From a virus (lineage: Duplodnaviria; Caudoviricetes): a stretch of 64,000 bases of DNA. Below, in pieces: positions 29,654 to 38,811 of the stretch. The stretch covers positions 96,001 through 160,000 of IMG/VR virus record IMGVR_UViG_3300037484_000435; one strand, given 5' to 3'. The notes beneath the pieces were generated by a model, which did no database searches, was not told where the DNA came from, and was given only the letters and a program-made list of their open reading frames with translations. The translations under genes were made by a program, and so were the position numbers. How positions within the stretch are numbered: the stretch's first letter is position 1; the number at the start of each line of letters is the position of its first letter.

Positions 29654-29896
29654 TCAATAGGGGTGTGTGGGGATGATAGACAGGAAAGGGTTATCCTTTT
29701 CTTTCTCTGCTTCTTCCATTTCATACAGTAGTCTGTCGTTGGACCAATCTGCAAATTCAGAGATACTGTGCAAATCCAGTCTACGATTAAAATACTCTGC
29801 TAGTAATCTACTATAACGGGATTTACTAGTAGTTATCTTGTCATGTTTACAGAATGAATTTGTCAAAGCATGTCCCTTAGAAAAGTTTAAACTCAT
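29654..29896 (-). CDS. hypothetical protein
   Basis: 80-aa ORF. Confidence 0.5.
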   Translation of the reverse strand: MSLNFSKGHALTNSFCKHDKITTSKSRYSRLLAEYFNRRLDLHSISEFADWSNDRLLYEMEEAEKEKDNPFLSIIPTHPY

Positions 29897-29897
29897 C

Positions 29898-30308
29898 TTA
29901 CCTCCTATTAGGATACTTCAACTTCTTGAGTTCCAAAAGCCATTCGAGTAGTTGATAATCCTGCTTTTCTTCTGCAAGTGTAATAGCGTCTAACAAATCT
30001 CTAAATTCTTTTTCCCGTTTATACGCCCGTTGTTGGCGGGATGCTTTCTCTTCTTCGGTAAGAATAAAACTTTTAAAAGAGTCTACCGAACCAACTGCTA
30101 GCGGACCTTCTTGACCGTTTTCTCCATGAAAGTAACGATAACCTAACCAAGTCCCTGCCTGTTCAGAAAGTACCTTCCACGAATGGGCGAAGTAGTCACA
30201 AAAATCATTTAGACATACTTCTAATTCTACCCCGCCCCATTTTGATAGTGCTGGGGTCTCGATGGTAGTTAATTCTTGGGAGCAATGGGGGCATTTCAAT
30301 TTTTCCAT
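29898..30308 (-). CDS. zinc-finger protein resembling a deltaproteobacterial family
   Basis: CPHC.....P...W......C.ND.C.YF..SW..L..Q.....YRY pattern. Confidence 0.6.
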   Translation of the reverse strand: MEKLKCPHCSQELTTIETPALSKWGGVELEVCLNDFCDYFAHSWKVLSEQAGTWLGYRYFHGENGQEGPLAVGSVDSFKSFILTEEEKASRQQRAYKREKEFRDLLDAITLAEEKQDYQLLEWLLELKKLKYPNRR

Positions 30309-30319
30309 TATTCCTTCTC

Positions 30320-30850
30320 CTATATTTCCAAAAACCGAGAGTTAGTAATAAATTTTACTCTCCAATTTAAATAACTTTCCCACAAACCCATCTCCTGCAG
30401 ATAATAAAACAGTGCTGTAGTTTCTGGTAATGACCCCCCTTTATGTAATTTAATATGATCGGAACTGGACATCAACAGAAGGTTATTCGGGTTGTTATCA
30501 TAAGGTTTCGCGTTTATGTGATGTACCACATATCCTTCTGGAATACCACACTTATTGAACTCACAAAAGACAAAATGATGTGCGGGGGTCTTTTTTCCAT
30601 CAGGTAAAGTTATAATAAAATACCCAGAAACCGATTCAACAGGATACACTTTACCCAGCAATTCCATCTCCTTAAGTGGGTAATCCTGTTTTGAAATGAT
30701 TTCCTTTAGCTTGTGCTGTATAGCATTTGGGGTTCTGTTTTTAATAACTCGACTTAGTTGTACACTCAGCCCCCATAACGTCGACTCTTGTCTTCTCTCC
30801 AAAGACATTCTAAGTTTAGACAGCTCTCTATCAGACCAGCGTCGGGCCAC
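30320..30850 (-). CDS. HNH endonuclease (HNH_3-like)
   Basis: AHHFVF...VVHHINAKPYDNNPNNLLLM...H. Confidence 0.85.
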   Translation of the reverse strand: MARRWSDRELSKLRMSLERRQESTLWGLSVQLSRVIKNRTPNAIQHKLKEIISKQDYPLKEMELLGKVYPVESVSGYFIITLPDGKKTPAHHFVFCEFNKCGIPEGYVVHHINAKPYDNNPNNLLLMSSSDHIKLHKGGSLPETTALFYYLQEMGLWESYLNWRVKFITNSRFLEI

Positions 30851-31770
30851 TATATCTTCTCCAAAACAGGAAGTGCTCTTTGGTATTTTCGTTCAAGATA
30901 GATAGTAGCATCTGCATAAATATGTTGAAGAAAAGATACCGCTTTTGTGCCAGTATAAACAACCTTAAAAGTATGGTCCCCAGTTTGGTGTATCTTAGTA
31001 GAACTATTGCATATCTTGTTAAAATAAGTCTTCACAAAGGTTATGATATTTATATTACCAGTCATATTGCATTCCAAACCAGATAAAGTTGGTCTGTTGT
31101 TTCTATGAAAAACAGAACCATCCCCATCAAAATAACCTCTCATCCAATGATTTAATAAATAATTGGGAAGATTAGGAGGGAGCTTAACAGCTCTTGTTTT
31201 ATTTGGAATAATTCCGTGGGAATAAAGTTGCTGACATAATTCTACATTATTTATACAAAATTCACAGACATCAGTTCCATGCTGGTTTGTATTATAATAA
31301 ATTCGGACTTCACCCCGCGGTTGAATATAATCCCTTAACTTCTCAAGCAATTCTAAGTCGTCCAACTTTAATTTTAAACATGTAGCCCGTCTATGGTGGT
31401 ACATCCGACCATCAGCCGCTAGAAGCCCTAAAACATAAGCTTTGACCTCTGTATCAAGGTGTGCAAAATCTATTTTGTAATCATGTTTGTCATCACTTCG
31501 CAAGGTAATCATAGCATTTTTCAAAAGATTTCTTATGAATTTTCTGGAACAATTATGTGTTTTTGATAGGCACGTTATGGTTGTTCCAGCTTTATAGGAC
31601 TGAATAATTTCTTTCTCAAACTGCCACGCAATACTGCTTTCCCACCTATTAATTCCAGCCTCAGTCAAAGTTCTATTAATCCAACGAACGTCGCAACTAA
31701 GAAGAGACTGTATCTGCTTTTTAGTTTTGCCCTCTGCTCGTAAATTAATAATCTGTTCTTTCTTTGTCAT
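30850..31770 (-). CDS. free-standing LAGLIDADG homing endonuclease 1
   Basis: AYVLGLLAADG and WMRGYFDGDGSV; N-terminal HTH. Confidence 0.88.
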   Translation of the reverse strand: MTKKEQIINLRAEGKTKKQIQSLLSCDVRWINRTLTEAGINRWESSIAWQFEKEIIQSYKAGTTITCLSKTHNCSRKFIRNLLKNAMITLRSDDKHDYKIDFAHLDTEVKAYVLGLLAADGRMYHHRRATCLKLKLDDLELLEKLRDYIQPRGEVRIYYNTNQHGTDVCEFCINNVELCQQLYSHGIIPNKTRAVKLPPNLPNYLLNHWMRGYFDGDGSVFHRNNRPTLSGLECNMTGNINIITFVKTYFNKICNSSTKIHQTGDHTFKVVYTGTKAVSFLQHIYADATIYLERKYQRALPVLEKI

Positions 31771-31833
31771 TACTAGTTTATCCTATGGCTATAACACAAC
31801 ATATTAAGGCGTATTTTACTTACTTCTCTTGTG

Positions 31834-31863
31834 TGGGCTATCTCTGGTAAAAAAGACAGCCCA
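31834..31863 (-). terminator. hairpin downstream of ORF 31881
   Basis: TGGGCTGTCT...AGATAGCCCA stem on the - strand. Confidence 0.5.
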
Positions 31864-31880
31864 TTTCTTTTTCCGTCCAT

Positions 31881-32093
31881 CTAGACATTAAGTGATTCTC
31901 TGTATATAACCTTACATCCGTAATATTCAGATAATTTATCCAGAACTTCTGACATAGCCACACTAAAATCTTTATGTGAGGCTTGTGTTTTAGTCACGCG
32001 GTGTTTTATTACTACGTGGTCCTCCCCTCCGCTTACTGGGGTGTCCTGTATCATGAATTCCTTCTTCGTTAGTATTATTTTTCTTTGTCCCAT
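31881..32093 (-). CDS. small hypothetical protein, weakly release-factor-domain-like
   Basis: GAGGG RBS; LTKKEFMIQDTPVSGG...VVIKH; no GGQ. Confidence 0.45.
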   Translation of the reverse strand: MGQRKIILTKKEFMIQDTPVSGGEDHVVIKHRVTKTQASHKDFSVAMSEVLDKLSEYYGCKVIYRESLNV

Positions 32094-34023
32094 TACTACT
32101 TTTACCCTCTTTGAATATAAATTCTCCATCCTTTACTTTAATCTTAATTAGATCCGGTCTATTTTCTTTATCAACATCATCACTCATAATATATTTATTA
32201 CGCAGTATCCACTCAGCTAAAGGTAATTCAAGGCTCTTTTGTACTGCTCTACCTATATTCCTAGCACCATATTCTTCGCTATAACCTTCATCCAAAAGAA
32301 AGTCTTTTACAGAATCGTCCCACGCCATAGTCATATGTTGGGCCTTTTCTAAGTTAATTTTGGTTTTTGAAAGCATAACGTCAGTGATATCACGACACAC
32401 TGCTTTATCCAAACGGTTAAATTGGATAATGCCTGTCAACCTATTCAGAAACTCTGGGCTAAACAATTCTTTAATAGTAGAACTGATGGCTTCGGCTTCC
32501 AATTTAGATTTGTCGTCGCAAAGACCTTCCATCCGAATCCCTATAGGATTTCGGTTACAAATTTCAGCGGCTTCCTTTGTTCCCACATTGGAGGTCATCA
32601 AAATAACCGACTCGTTAAAACGAATGGACTCACCTCTACCACTTGTCACTACACCATCATCCATGATCTGGAGCAATACGTTGAATATGGCTTTATCAGC
32701 CTTCTCTAGCTCATCAAATAAAACAACACAAAACGGATTAGCTTTTACTTTGGCAGCTAGGGTCATGGGTGGTCCTGAATCCTGCCGAGAATCTTCAAAT
32801 CCCACATATCCAGGAGGTGCACCAAAAAGTTTTGATATTTCATGTGCGTGTTGATACTCAGAGCAATCTACTCTAACAAGCTCAACCCCTAATTCATCAG
32901 CGAGTACTTTGGCAAATTCAGTTTTGCCTACGCCAGTAGGGCCCGGTAGTAACCAACTACCCACAGGCTTTTCCTCTCCTCTAAGACCAACCCTAGCAAC
33001 TGCGATAGCATCTACTACTGCGTCAATAGCATGGTCCTGTCCTACAATTCTGGTACCTTTTATTCTATCCTTTAACTCTAATATAGTTTGTGCTGATAGT
33101 GTATTAAACCGCTTCTTTTCAGACTCTACTTCATCACGAGAAGACCTACCTAATGGCCTACCTCTGCCTGGCAATTTTTTACCTTTCAAGATTTTAGCCC
33201 CGTAGTCCCCTCGCCTATCTTCAAAAGGAGACCAGTCTATTAATCCCCAATCCAAACTGGGGTTCACATCTACAACAGCCAAATACAATTGTGTCATCAC
33301 AATCGTTTCTGTGTAAATATTTATATAATTACCCTCGGATAACGCCGTAAATAATTCCTGTATTTTGGGGACGGTGGCTGCGATAACATGTGCTTTCCAT
33401 TGTGCAATATTAGCTTTTGCCACCTCCACGTCATTGTCGCATCTACGTTCCACGTAATCCTGCACGACGCGATCTGGTGATACATTTACGGAATCAATTT
33501 GTAGAATCGGCACCTCTAAATTCAACGAGTTTATATGTTTCTTGATATAATCTCGTTCTGGGTACTTCCGTTTTATCTCGTCCCACGCTTGACTAACTAC
33601 TGACTGGGCGGGAGCAGGATTAAAAAGGGCATTAAATTCTACCGATGTTATCCACCCAGGATTAGCGGGTAACGCGATTGTGCCCGGCAAACCATTTCTG
33701 AGTGCGTCAGACTGATCCATTACTTTTTCTCCCACAATAACTAAATACTGCGGGCGTAGTCTATTGTTAAGTTTATAGACTGTATCTATTAGTTGCCCCC
33801 TAAAGATATCGTGATCCCGTTTATTTAATTTTGATTGAACAGCCTTCAATTGGGCGGAGTCTTTTACTAAGGAATGAATCAAAAATTTCTCATACTCTAC
33901 TTGGCTTATAATTCCTCCAGCAACAGATAACTTGGATAAAAATAGGGAGGTGTCATCGCTGGGAATGACACCAACCTCCAAACGTAAACTGTAATCATCG
34001 AAATCAATTGGTTTATACATCAT
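31990..34023 (-). CDS. ClpA/ClpB-like AAA+ ATPase (second module only) with a novel N-terminal domain
   Basis: IVGQDHAI, GPTGVGKT, DCSEY, GAPPGYVG, FDELEKA, TSNVG, PEFLNR, GARNI. Confidence 0.92.
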   Translation of the reverse strand: MMYKPIDFDDYSLRLEVGVIPSDDTSLFLSKLSVAGGIISQVEYEKFLIHSLVKDSAQLKAVQSKLNKRDHDIFRGQLIDTVYKLNNRLRPQYLVIVGEKVMDQSDALRNGLPGTIALPANPGWITSVEFNALFNPAPAQSVVSQAWDEIKRKYPERDYIKKHINSLNLEVPILQIDSVNVSPDRVVQDYVERRCDNDVEVAKANIAQWKAHVIAATVPKIQELFTALSEGNYINIYTETIVMTQLYLAVVDVNPSLDWGLIDWSPFEDRRGDYGAKILKGKKLPGRGRPLGRSSRDEVESEKKRFNTLSAQTILELKDRIKGTRIVGQDHAIDAVVDAIAVARVGLRGEEKPVGSWLLPGPTGVGKTEFAKVLADELGVELVRVDCSEYQHAHEISKLFGAPPGYVGFEDSRQDSGPPMTLAAKVKANPFCVVLFDELEKADKAIFNVLLQIMDDGVVTSGRGESIRFNESVILMTSNVGTKEAAEICNRNPIGIRMEGLCDDKSKLEAEAISSTIKELFSPEFLNRLTGIIQFNRLDKAVCRDITDVMLSKTKINLEKAQHMTMAWDDSVKDFLLDEGYSEEYGARNIGRAVQKSLELPLAEWILRNKYIMSDDVDKENRPDLIKIKVKDGEFIFKEGKSSNGTKKNNTNEEGIHDTGHPSKRRGGPRSNKTPRD

Positions 34024-34033
34024 AATACTCTGT

Positions 34034-35065
34034 TTATTGTACTCCTTGTACAGTATTCCTCATATACTCTAAAACCCGCACAGCTTGGGCAGAAGTAAGC
34101 TCCTCTACAGCCTGTAGCGTTTGTGCTTCCGCACCCAGTACCTGCCTAACTAATAGCATTGGATCGGCGTTCGGCCCAAATGCCATCGTCGCGGCTCCCC
34201 TAATTGCACTTATCTGGTGAGACACAATACCAGCACCGGCTGTACCCTGTTGCATCTGGCCCATAGGTGGTGCCATTGGTTGCTGTGCTGGGTACTGTCC
34301 AGAGGGTGGACCCTGCGGGATACTCTGTATTGGCATTTGTGTTGTCGCTGGCGTACCAGGACCATTTGTATATCCTACATTTGGATTAGTCATCTGCGGC
34401 ACAGGTCCCAATGGCTGCTGCTGTTGCTGCGGCGGTGGACCCTGTGGAGGCATCTGCATACCCATATTAGGATTTGGGTTAGGATTAGCCATCTGTGGGG
34501 GAGGCATCATAGTTGACTGTACTCCCTGCGGGGGCATATTATGTGGACCTGGATTAACCACATTAACATTCATCTGTGGTGGTGGGGGCCCAAACTGACT
34601 CGGCCCTTCCCAAGGTGGTGATTCTCCGTCGTCCAAACCGCTCACATTCTCGCTACTCACTCCCCAGAGATGCAAACCAACACCAAACAGTGATGCTGCT
34701 TTTGTAAGGGCTTTAGAAAAAGCACTTTTCATACTGTCTCCAGGGTCATTGCCTATCGCGTGTCCACCCCAACCATCTCTAATAGCAGTTTTTCCTGTAT
34801 CGGGATCCGGTACTTCGAGACGTACCCTTTTAACGACAAAGTTATTAATTACCATTGACTCAACTTCAGTAACACTCCAAGAACAACCGAAAACCTCATT
34901 AAGTCTATTGATTACTTCTGAAGAAGCAACGAAAGACCATTTCTGTCCAGCCCGTCCCTGACGAGTTTCTATCTTATCTGGTGGAAAAGGTTCATATAGT
35001 CCCTTTATTACCTGTTGCATTTTTGGTGTGAGCGTTGCTTCCGTACTTGTTTTTTTCGTAGCCAT
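34034..35065 (-). CDS. Rad52/Rad22-family ssDNA-annealing protein with a Pro/Gln-rich tail
   Basis: EVINRLNEVFG..W...RDGWG...KSAFSKALTKAASLFGVGLHLW. Confidence 0.85.
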   Translation of the reverse strand: MATKKTSTEATLTPKMQQVIKGLYEPFPPDKIETRQGRAGQKWSFVASSEVINRLNEVFGCSWSVTEVESMVINNFVVKRVRLEVPDPDTGKTAIRDGWGGHAIGNDPGDSMKSAFSKALTKAASLFGVGLHLWGVSSENVSGLDDGESPPWEGPSQFGPPPPQMNVNVVNPGPHNMPPQGVQSTMMPPPQMANPNPNPNMGMQMPPQGPPPQQQQQPLGPVPQMTNPNVGYTNGPGTPATTQMPIQSIPQGPPSGQYPAQQPMAPPMGQMQQGTAGAGIVSHQISAIRGAATMAFGPNADPMLLVRQVLGAEAQTLQAVEELTSAQAVRVLEYMRNTVQGVQ

Positions 35066-35118
35066 GTATTACCTCTCCTTTTGTATACGAGCCTTTTATT
35101 GACCTGCTCAGGTCTTAC

Positions 35119-35178
35119 CTAACACCCGCCTTTGCAGTGGGTTACTGGTCTCAACATATAACGTTTTCTACTAACCAT
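35119..35178 (-). CDS. 19-aa peptide MVSRKRYMLRPVTHCKGGC
   Basis: AGGAGG RBS 8 nt upstream of the ATG; occupies an intergenic gap. Confidence 0.5.
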   Translation of the reverse strand: MVSRKRYMLRPVTHCKGGC

Positions 35179-35193
35179 TTTGTAATCCTCCTA

Positions 35194-35604
35194 CTACAAT
35201 TTAAAGCCCTCTTCAGGACTTTTTATCAAAGCAAAGTAGTCATCAATCATTTTATCTACTTTTTTATTACCAAACATTTCTCGAAAGTAATCTTCACCAA
35301 CACGCCACGCAAACCCCTCGTGGGGGTCTTGTGCGTTGGTGGCAAAAAGTACATCCAAAACGCGTTCGCCTTGTTGAACTATGTGCTGGTCAAATACAAA
35401 TGCTGTGCACTCGTTCGCTACACTACATTTAAAGTCTGTGTCCTGCCTGTATTCTGGACAAGTGGGCTGACAGTAGCGACCAACAATTTTAGATACTTTA
35501 GCCACATTTATTTGGATAATTCTCCATTCCCAGTATGGGGCTACAACCACATTATCTGCTTTATAATCTAATGAATCTATGAATCTAGACATTTTCTCTC
35601 TCAA
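35194..35604 (-). CDS. hypothetical protein
   Basis: 136-aa ORF. Confidence 0.55.
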   Translation of the reverse strand: MREKMSRFIDSLDYKADNVVVAPYWEWRIIQINVAKVSKIVGRYCQPTCPEYRQDTDFKCSVANECTAFVFDQHIVQQGERVLDVLFATNAQDPHEGFAWRVGEDYFREMFGNKKVDKMIDDYFALIKSPEEGFKL

Positions 35605-36202
35605 AAAATTTTATTTCTTCTAGGAGTGTTCTTATACTAGTATCAAATGTAACTAGTTGCGGTTCCTCTACATCATTATAAACGACATAGTCAGGACTAA
35701 AAAGGGCAAGTTCAACTTCGGACCTATGCTTTAGGTTGATAAACGAATCTCCTAGCCTACGCTGACGGATTTCTTCGGGAGCCTCTATACCTATGAGTGT
35801 AAACCCTAATCTCTTCATAAGATTATACTCACCGAGAAACCTGACATCATCAACCATAATCAACACATGTTCTTGTGTCAATTCAGGTAGCTTGTTAGTT
35901 ATTAAACCAATAACATTTTCCTCAAGAACATTCTGGAAGACGTCATCACCAAATTCGCGTCTGGCTAGGTCTCCCAACCGTTGCAAGAAGGTTCGTTCTG
36001 CGGATCCGCCTTTATTTCTATGAAAAGCTATCATGCTGGTATACAAGGGCTGGGCAAACTTCAAGATGTACCCAATTGATGCTTCTCCCCCGTATAGGTC
36101 AGTCATACAACCTAAGGCCAGCATCGCAGCAGCGGTTTTACCTGACCCCATCTTGCCACAAAAAGCAAGTTTATGAACTTTTTTACCATTTATTATTTCC
36201 AT
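35585..36202 (-). CDS. deoxynucleoside monophosphate kinase
   Basis: GKMGSGKT P-loop, FAQPL, RTFLQRLG..AR, DDVRF..EY, HRSE. Confidence 0.85.
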   Translation of the reverse strand: MEIINGKKVHKLAFCGKMGSGKTAAAMLALGCMTDLYGGEASIGYILKFAQPLYTSMIAFHRNKGGSAERTFLQRLGDLARREFGDDVFQNVLEENVIGLITNKLPELTQEHVLIMVDDVRFLGEYNLMKRLGFTLIGIEAPEEIRQRRLGDSFINLKHRSEVELALFSPDYVVYNDVEEPQLVTFDTSIRTLLEEIKFFERENV

Positions 36203-36213
36203 ACATCCTCCTT

Positions 36214-37095
36214 TTACCACCTTCCGCATTTAGGACATTTTACCATCGCCGTGTCCTCCGTAACTCCTGCTTTATACCTGAATGAAAAACTGTCCCGCTC
36301 GAATTCATACCCACATTTATCACAAACAAAACCTCCACTAGTGAGGAAGTTGGTTGCCCGAGTAATTATGTCATACATCTCCCCACAGTCTGCTCTCATT
36401 TTTTCCTGATAGGCACGAAGTGCTAACCACTGATCGATATACTTTTTTAGATTATCCCAATGATCGAACATATACATTCTTTTACCCTTATCTCTCATCT
36501 CTAAATAAGGGAGTTTAGTCCAAGGCCACTTAAGTGTTACAACGTGAATACGAGCATCTATATATTTTTCCCAATAAAGATAATTGTCCTCCACAAACAT
36601 CTCAACTTTATACTCTTTCAGTAAATCCAATTTGTCATTTCTAAATTCGTCTTCGTAAATATCACCTGTACAAAGAACCTCAAATTTAACCTTTGGCCCC
36701 AACGCCTGCTTGATAGAATTGATAGCGGCCTGTTTAAACTGGGCTCGGCGTGATGTAATAAATAATAGCGGCTTCTTGTAGCTCTCATAGAGACCACACA
36801 GAGCTTCTACAGCACCATTTACTGGAGGTAGGGCATGATTATACAGAACAGGCTCATATACCACCCTCAATTTACTAGTAGGGACTCCTACAATTTTACC
36901 TATATCGTAATGAATCCATTTGTCCAACGACCAAGGTAATTCTAAATGAGATGTAATAGCATTCCACATCTCGGTAGCAGTATCGAGAACAATCCCGTCT
37001 ATATCAAAAGCAACTGGTAAATGCTCCCCAGGCTCAAAAATCTTTTCAATGGGCACATCAGTAATCTTTGTGAGTTCAATATTAAAAGTATTCAT
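36214..37095 (-). CDS. HAD-family 5'(3')-nucleotidase-like protein with a C-terminal Zn ribbon
   Basis: FDIDGIV, ITSR, FVEDN; CDKC...CPKC. Confidence 0.75.
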   Translation of the reverse strand: MNTFNIELTKITDVPIEKIFEPGEHLPVAFDIDGIVLDTATEMWNAITSHLELPWSLDKWIHYDIGKIVGVPTSKLRVVYEPVLYNHALPPVNGAVEALCGLYESYKKPLLFITSRRAQFKQAAINSIKQALGPKVKFEVLCTGDIYEDEFRNDKLDLLKEYKVEMFVEDNYLYWEKYIDARIHVVTLKWPWTKLPYLEMRDKGKRMYMFDHWDNLKKYIDQWLALRAYQEKMRADCGEMYDIITRATNFLTSGGFVCDKCGYEFERDSFSFRYKAGVTEDTAMVKCPKCGRW

Positions 37096-38134
37096 TTAAT
37101 CCCTCTGGGGTTCCTATTAGTAGTTTGTCTCCAGTATCAATAATCACCAGATTCGACACGCCATACAAAGCAATAGTTTTACCTGGAGGTTTAAAAATAA
37201 GATTGCTGGTGGACTCAATAGAATGCACACCTGCTTGGCCTTCCGGTTGAAATAATCCAGAATCGTAGAGAAGATGCTTTATGGAAACCCAGTTATCTAA
37301 TGTAGACCAAGCAATTTTTGGGATAAGGGCACCGCGTAACTTTCTATCTGTCAAAATAGAAGGCACTACAAAAGAGAACGGAGTTACTTCTAATTTATTC
37401 CAACCCATAATTTGGGACCCTTTTACTTGTAAAGCCTCTCTCAGATAGTGATCGAACGATCGTAAAGATGCTCCGTAAGTTCCTAAATCCCACATCCAAT
37501 TGTTGGCTACCAATTCTTTGGCAGAATCTAAATCAGGCGTAATCTGATACCCTTCCATCGCAACATTTAATGTACTAATTGTCCCCAAGACAGTGTCCTC
37601 GTAAGGGATTCCCATTGTAGTAACTTGTTGCCAATCACCAAAAAAGTAATTCATTCCGGGGGACGGGCCACCTGGGTTCAAACAAACTGCCACCCATTCA
37701 TCTGGGTGCGTCCTTAACCGCGTTGCAATATTTAAAAAATGAAACATTGCTAATTCAGTTGGCCATAAAAATTGGTCAGATGGTGAAACAATTATTGGTT
37801 CGTCGGAAGGAACTTCTTTTATATCTATTAAATACCTAACAGCTTCCCAAATGGCCCATGCTGAACCTTTTTGTGCTGGTAAGGTTAATACATTTGATAC
37901 AGGAATCCCGTAGAGATTTAATGTGTTTTGTTTAATGAGAGAGTCTATAGATTTGCCCGTAGTCACTATAATAAACCGGTCTCCCTGTCCCTCTACTACC
38001 GCAGATAATCTAGCTAAAGTTTCTTCCAATAGTGATAACTCACTGTATACTGGTAAAAATGCTTTAGGTAGTTCCTCGGAGGTTACGGGCCAAAGTTTCG
38101 GTCCAATTTCATCTGCCAATATAATTACATGCAT
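37082..38134 (-). CDS. mannose-1-phosphate guanylyltransferase (ManC)-like, degenerate active site
   Basis: VIILA...LWP....PK.FL; C-terminal NLI...IALYGVSNLVIIDTGD.LLI; GGxGxR replaced by DEIGPK. Confidence 0.8.
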   Translation of the reverse strand: MHVIILADEIGPKLWPVTSEELPKAFLPVYSELSLLEETLARLSAVVEGQGDRFIIVTTGKSIDSLIKQNTLNLYGIPVSNVLTLPAQKGSAWAIWEAVRYLIDIKEVPSDEPIIVSPSDQFLWPTELAMFHFLNIATRLRTHPDEWVAVCLNPGGPSPGMNYFFGDWQQVTTMGIPYEDTVLGTISTLNVAMEGYQITPDLDSAKELVANNWMWDLGTYGASLRSFDHYLREALQVKGSQIMGWNKLEVTPFSFVVPSILTDRKLRGALIPKIAWSTLDNWVSIKHLLYDSGLFQPEGQAGVHSIESTSNLIFKPPGKTIALYGVSNLVIIDTGDKLLIGTPEGLNEYF

Positions 38135-38168
38135 CCTAATTTTATCCTTATGTTGTTATAATGATAGG

Positions 38169-38810
38169 TCATGTTTGGTGTCTATGATGACCTGAGAGTC
38201 CGTGCTCTTTAATGGCATCGAGATGTTGTTTAGTTGCAAATCCTTTATTTGAGTTCCACCCATATAGGGGAAGCTCCTCATGCAACATATCCATCAGAGC
38301 ATTCCTAGCCGTCTTAGCCACAACAGAAGCCGCAATGCAAGGTTCGAAGAACTCACTAGCACCATCGGCCCGAATTATGGGTATGCCAGAACCGTATAAG
38401 TTTGATGGCAATGTTTCCTGTGTATAACCAAACCCATCAATTATTATGGAAGTGGCTGGGTAATAAATAGAAAAACTAGAAAGGCAAACAGACAGTGCCT
38501 GTAAAATAACCATATCGTGAGTTCTTAAATAATCATCAAATACACCCCAACCTATGGTGAGAAAAGACGACCTCAGTTTTATGTCATCAGAAATCTTGCG
38601 ACATTCTTCTTCACTTAAATCCTTTGCGGGCTGTGTGTACTGAACTTTGGAGTGTGGCTCCACTATGACCGCTGACGCGCAGATGGGCCCAGCAATAGCT
38701 TTACGACCATTAATAGACACACCCACTAATGTTCTGAACCCGACCGTATCATATATCTCGGTCATAGTTAAAAGTTTTTTCTCCCTAAGTTTGTCTAGGA
38801 ACCACGCCAT
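38169..38810 (-). CDS. RNase HII-like, catalytic Asp/Glu missing
   Basis: GVSINGR..IAGP..ASAVI, IIIDG, IAASVVAK..R, YGW..NKG..T..H..AI..HG....HR. Confidence 0.85.
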   Translation of the reverse strand: MAWFLDKLREKKLLTMTEIYDTVGFRTLVGVSINGRKAIAGPICASAVIVEPHSKVQYTQPAKDLSEEECRKISDDIKLRSSFLTIGWGVFDDYLRTHDMVILQALSVCLSSFSIYYPATSIIIDGFGYTQETLPSNLYGSGIPIIRADGASEFFEPCIAASVVAKTARNALMDMLHEELPLYGWNSNKGFATKQHLDAIKEHGLSGHHRHQT

Positions 38811-38811
38811 T

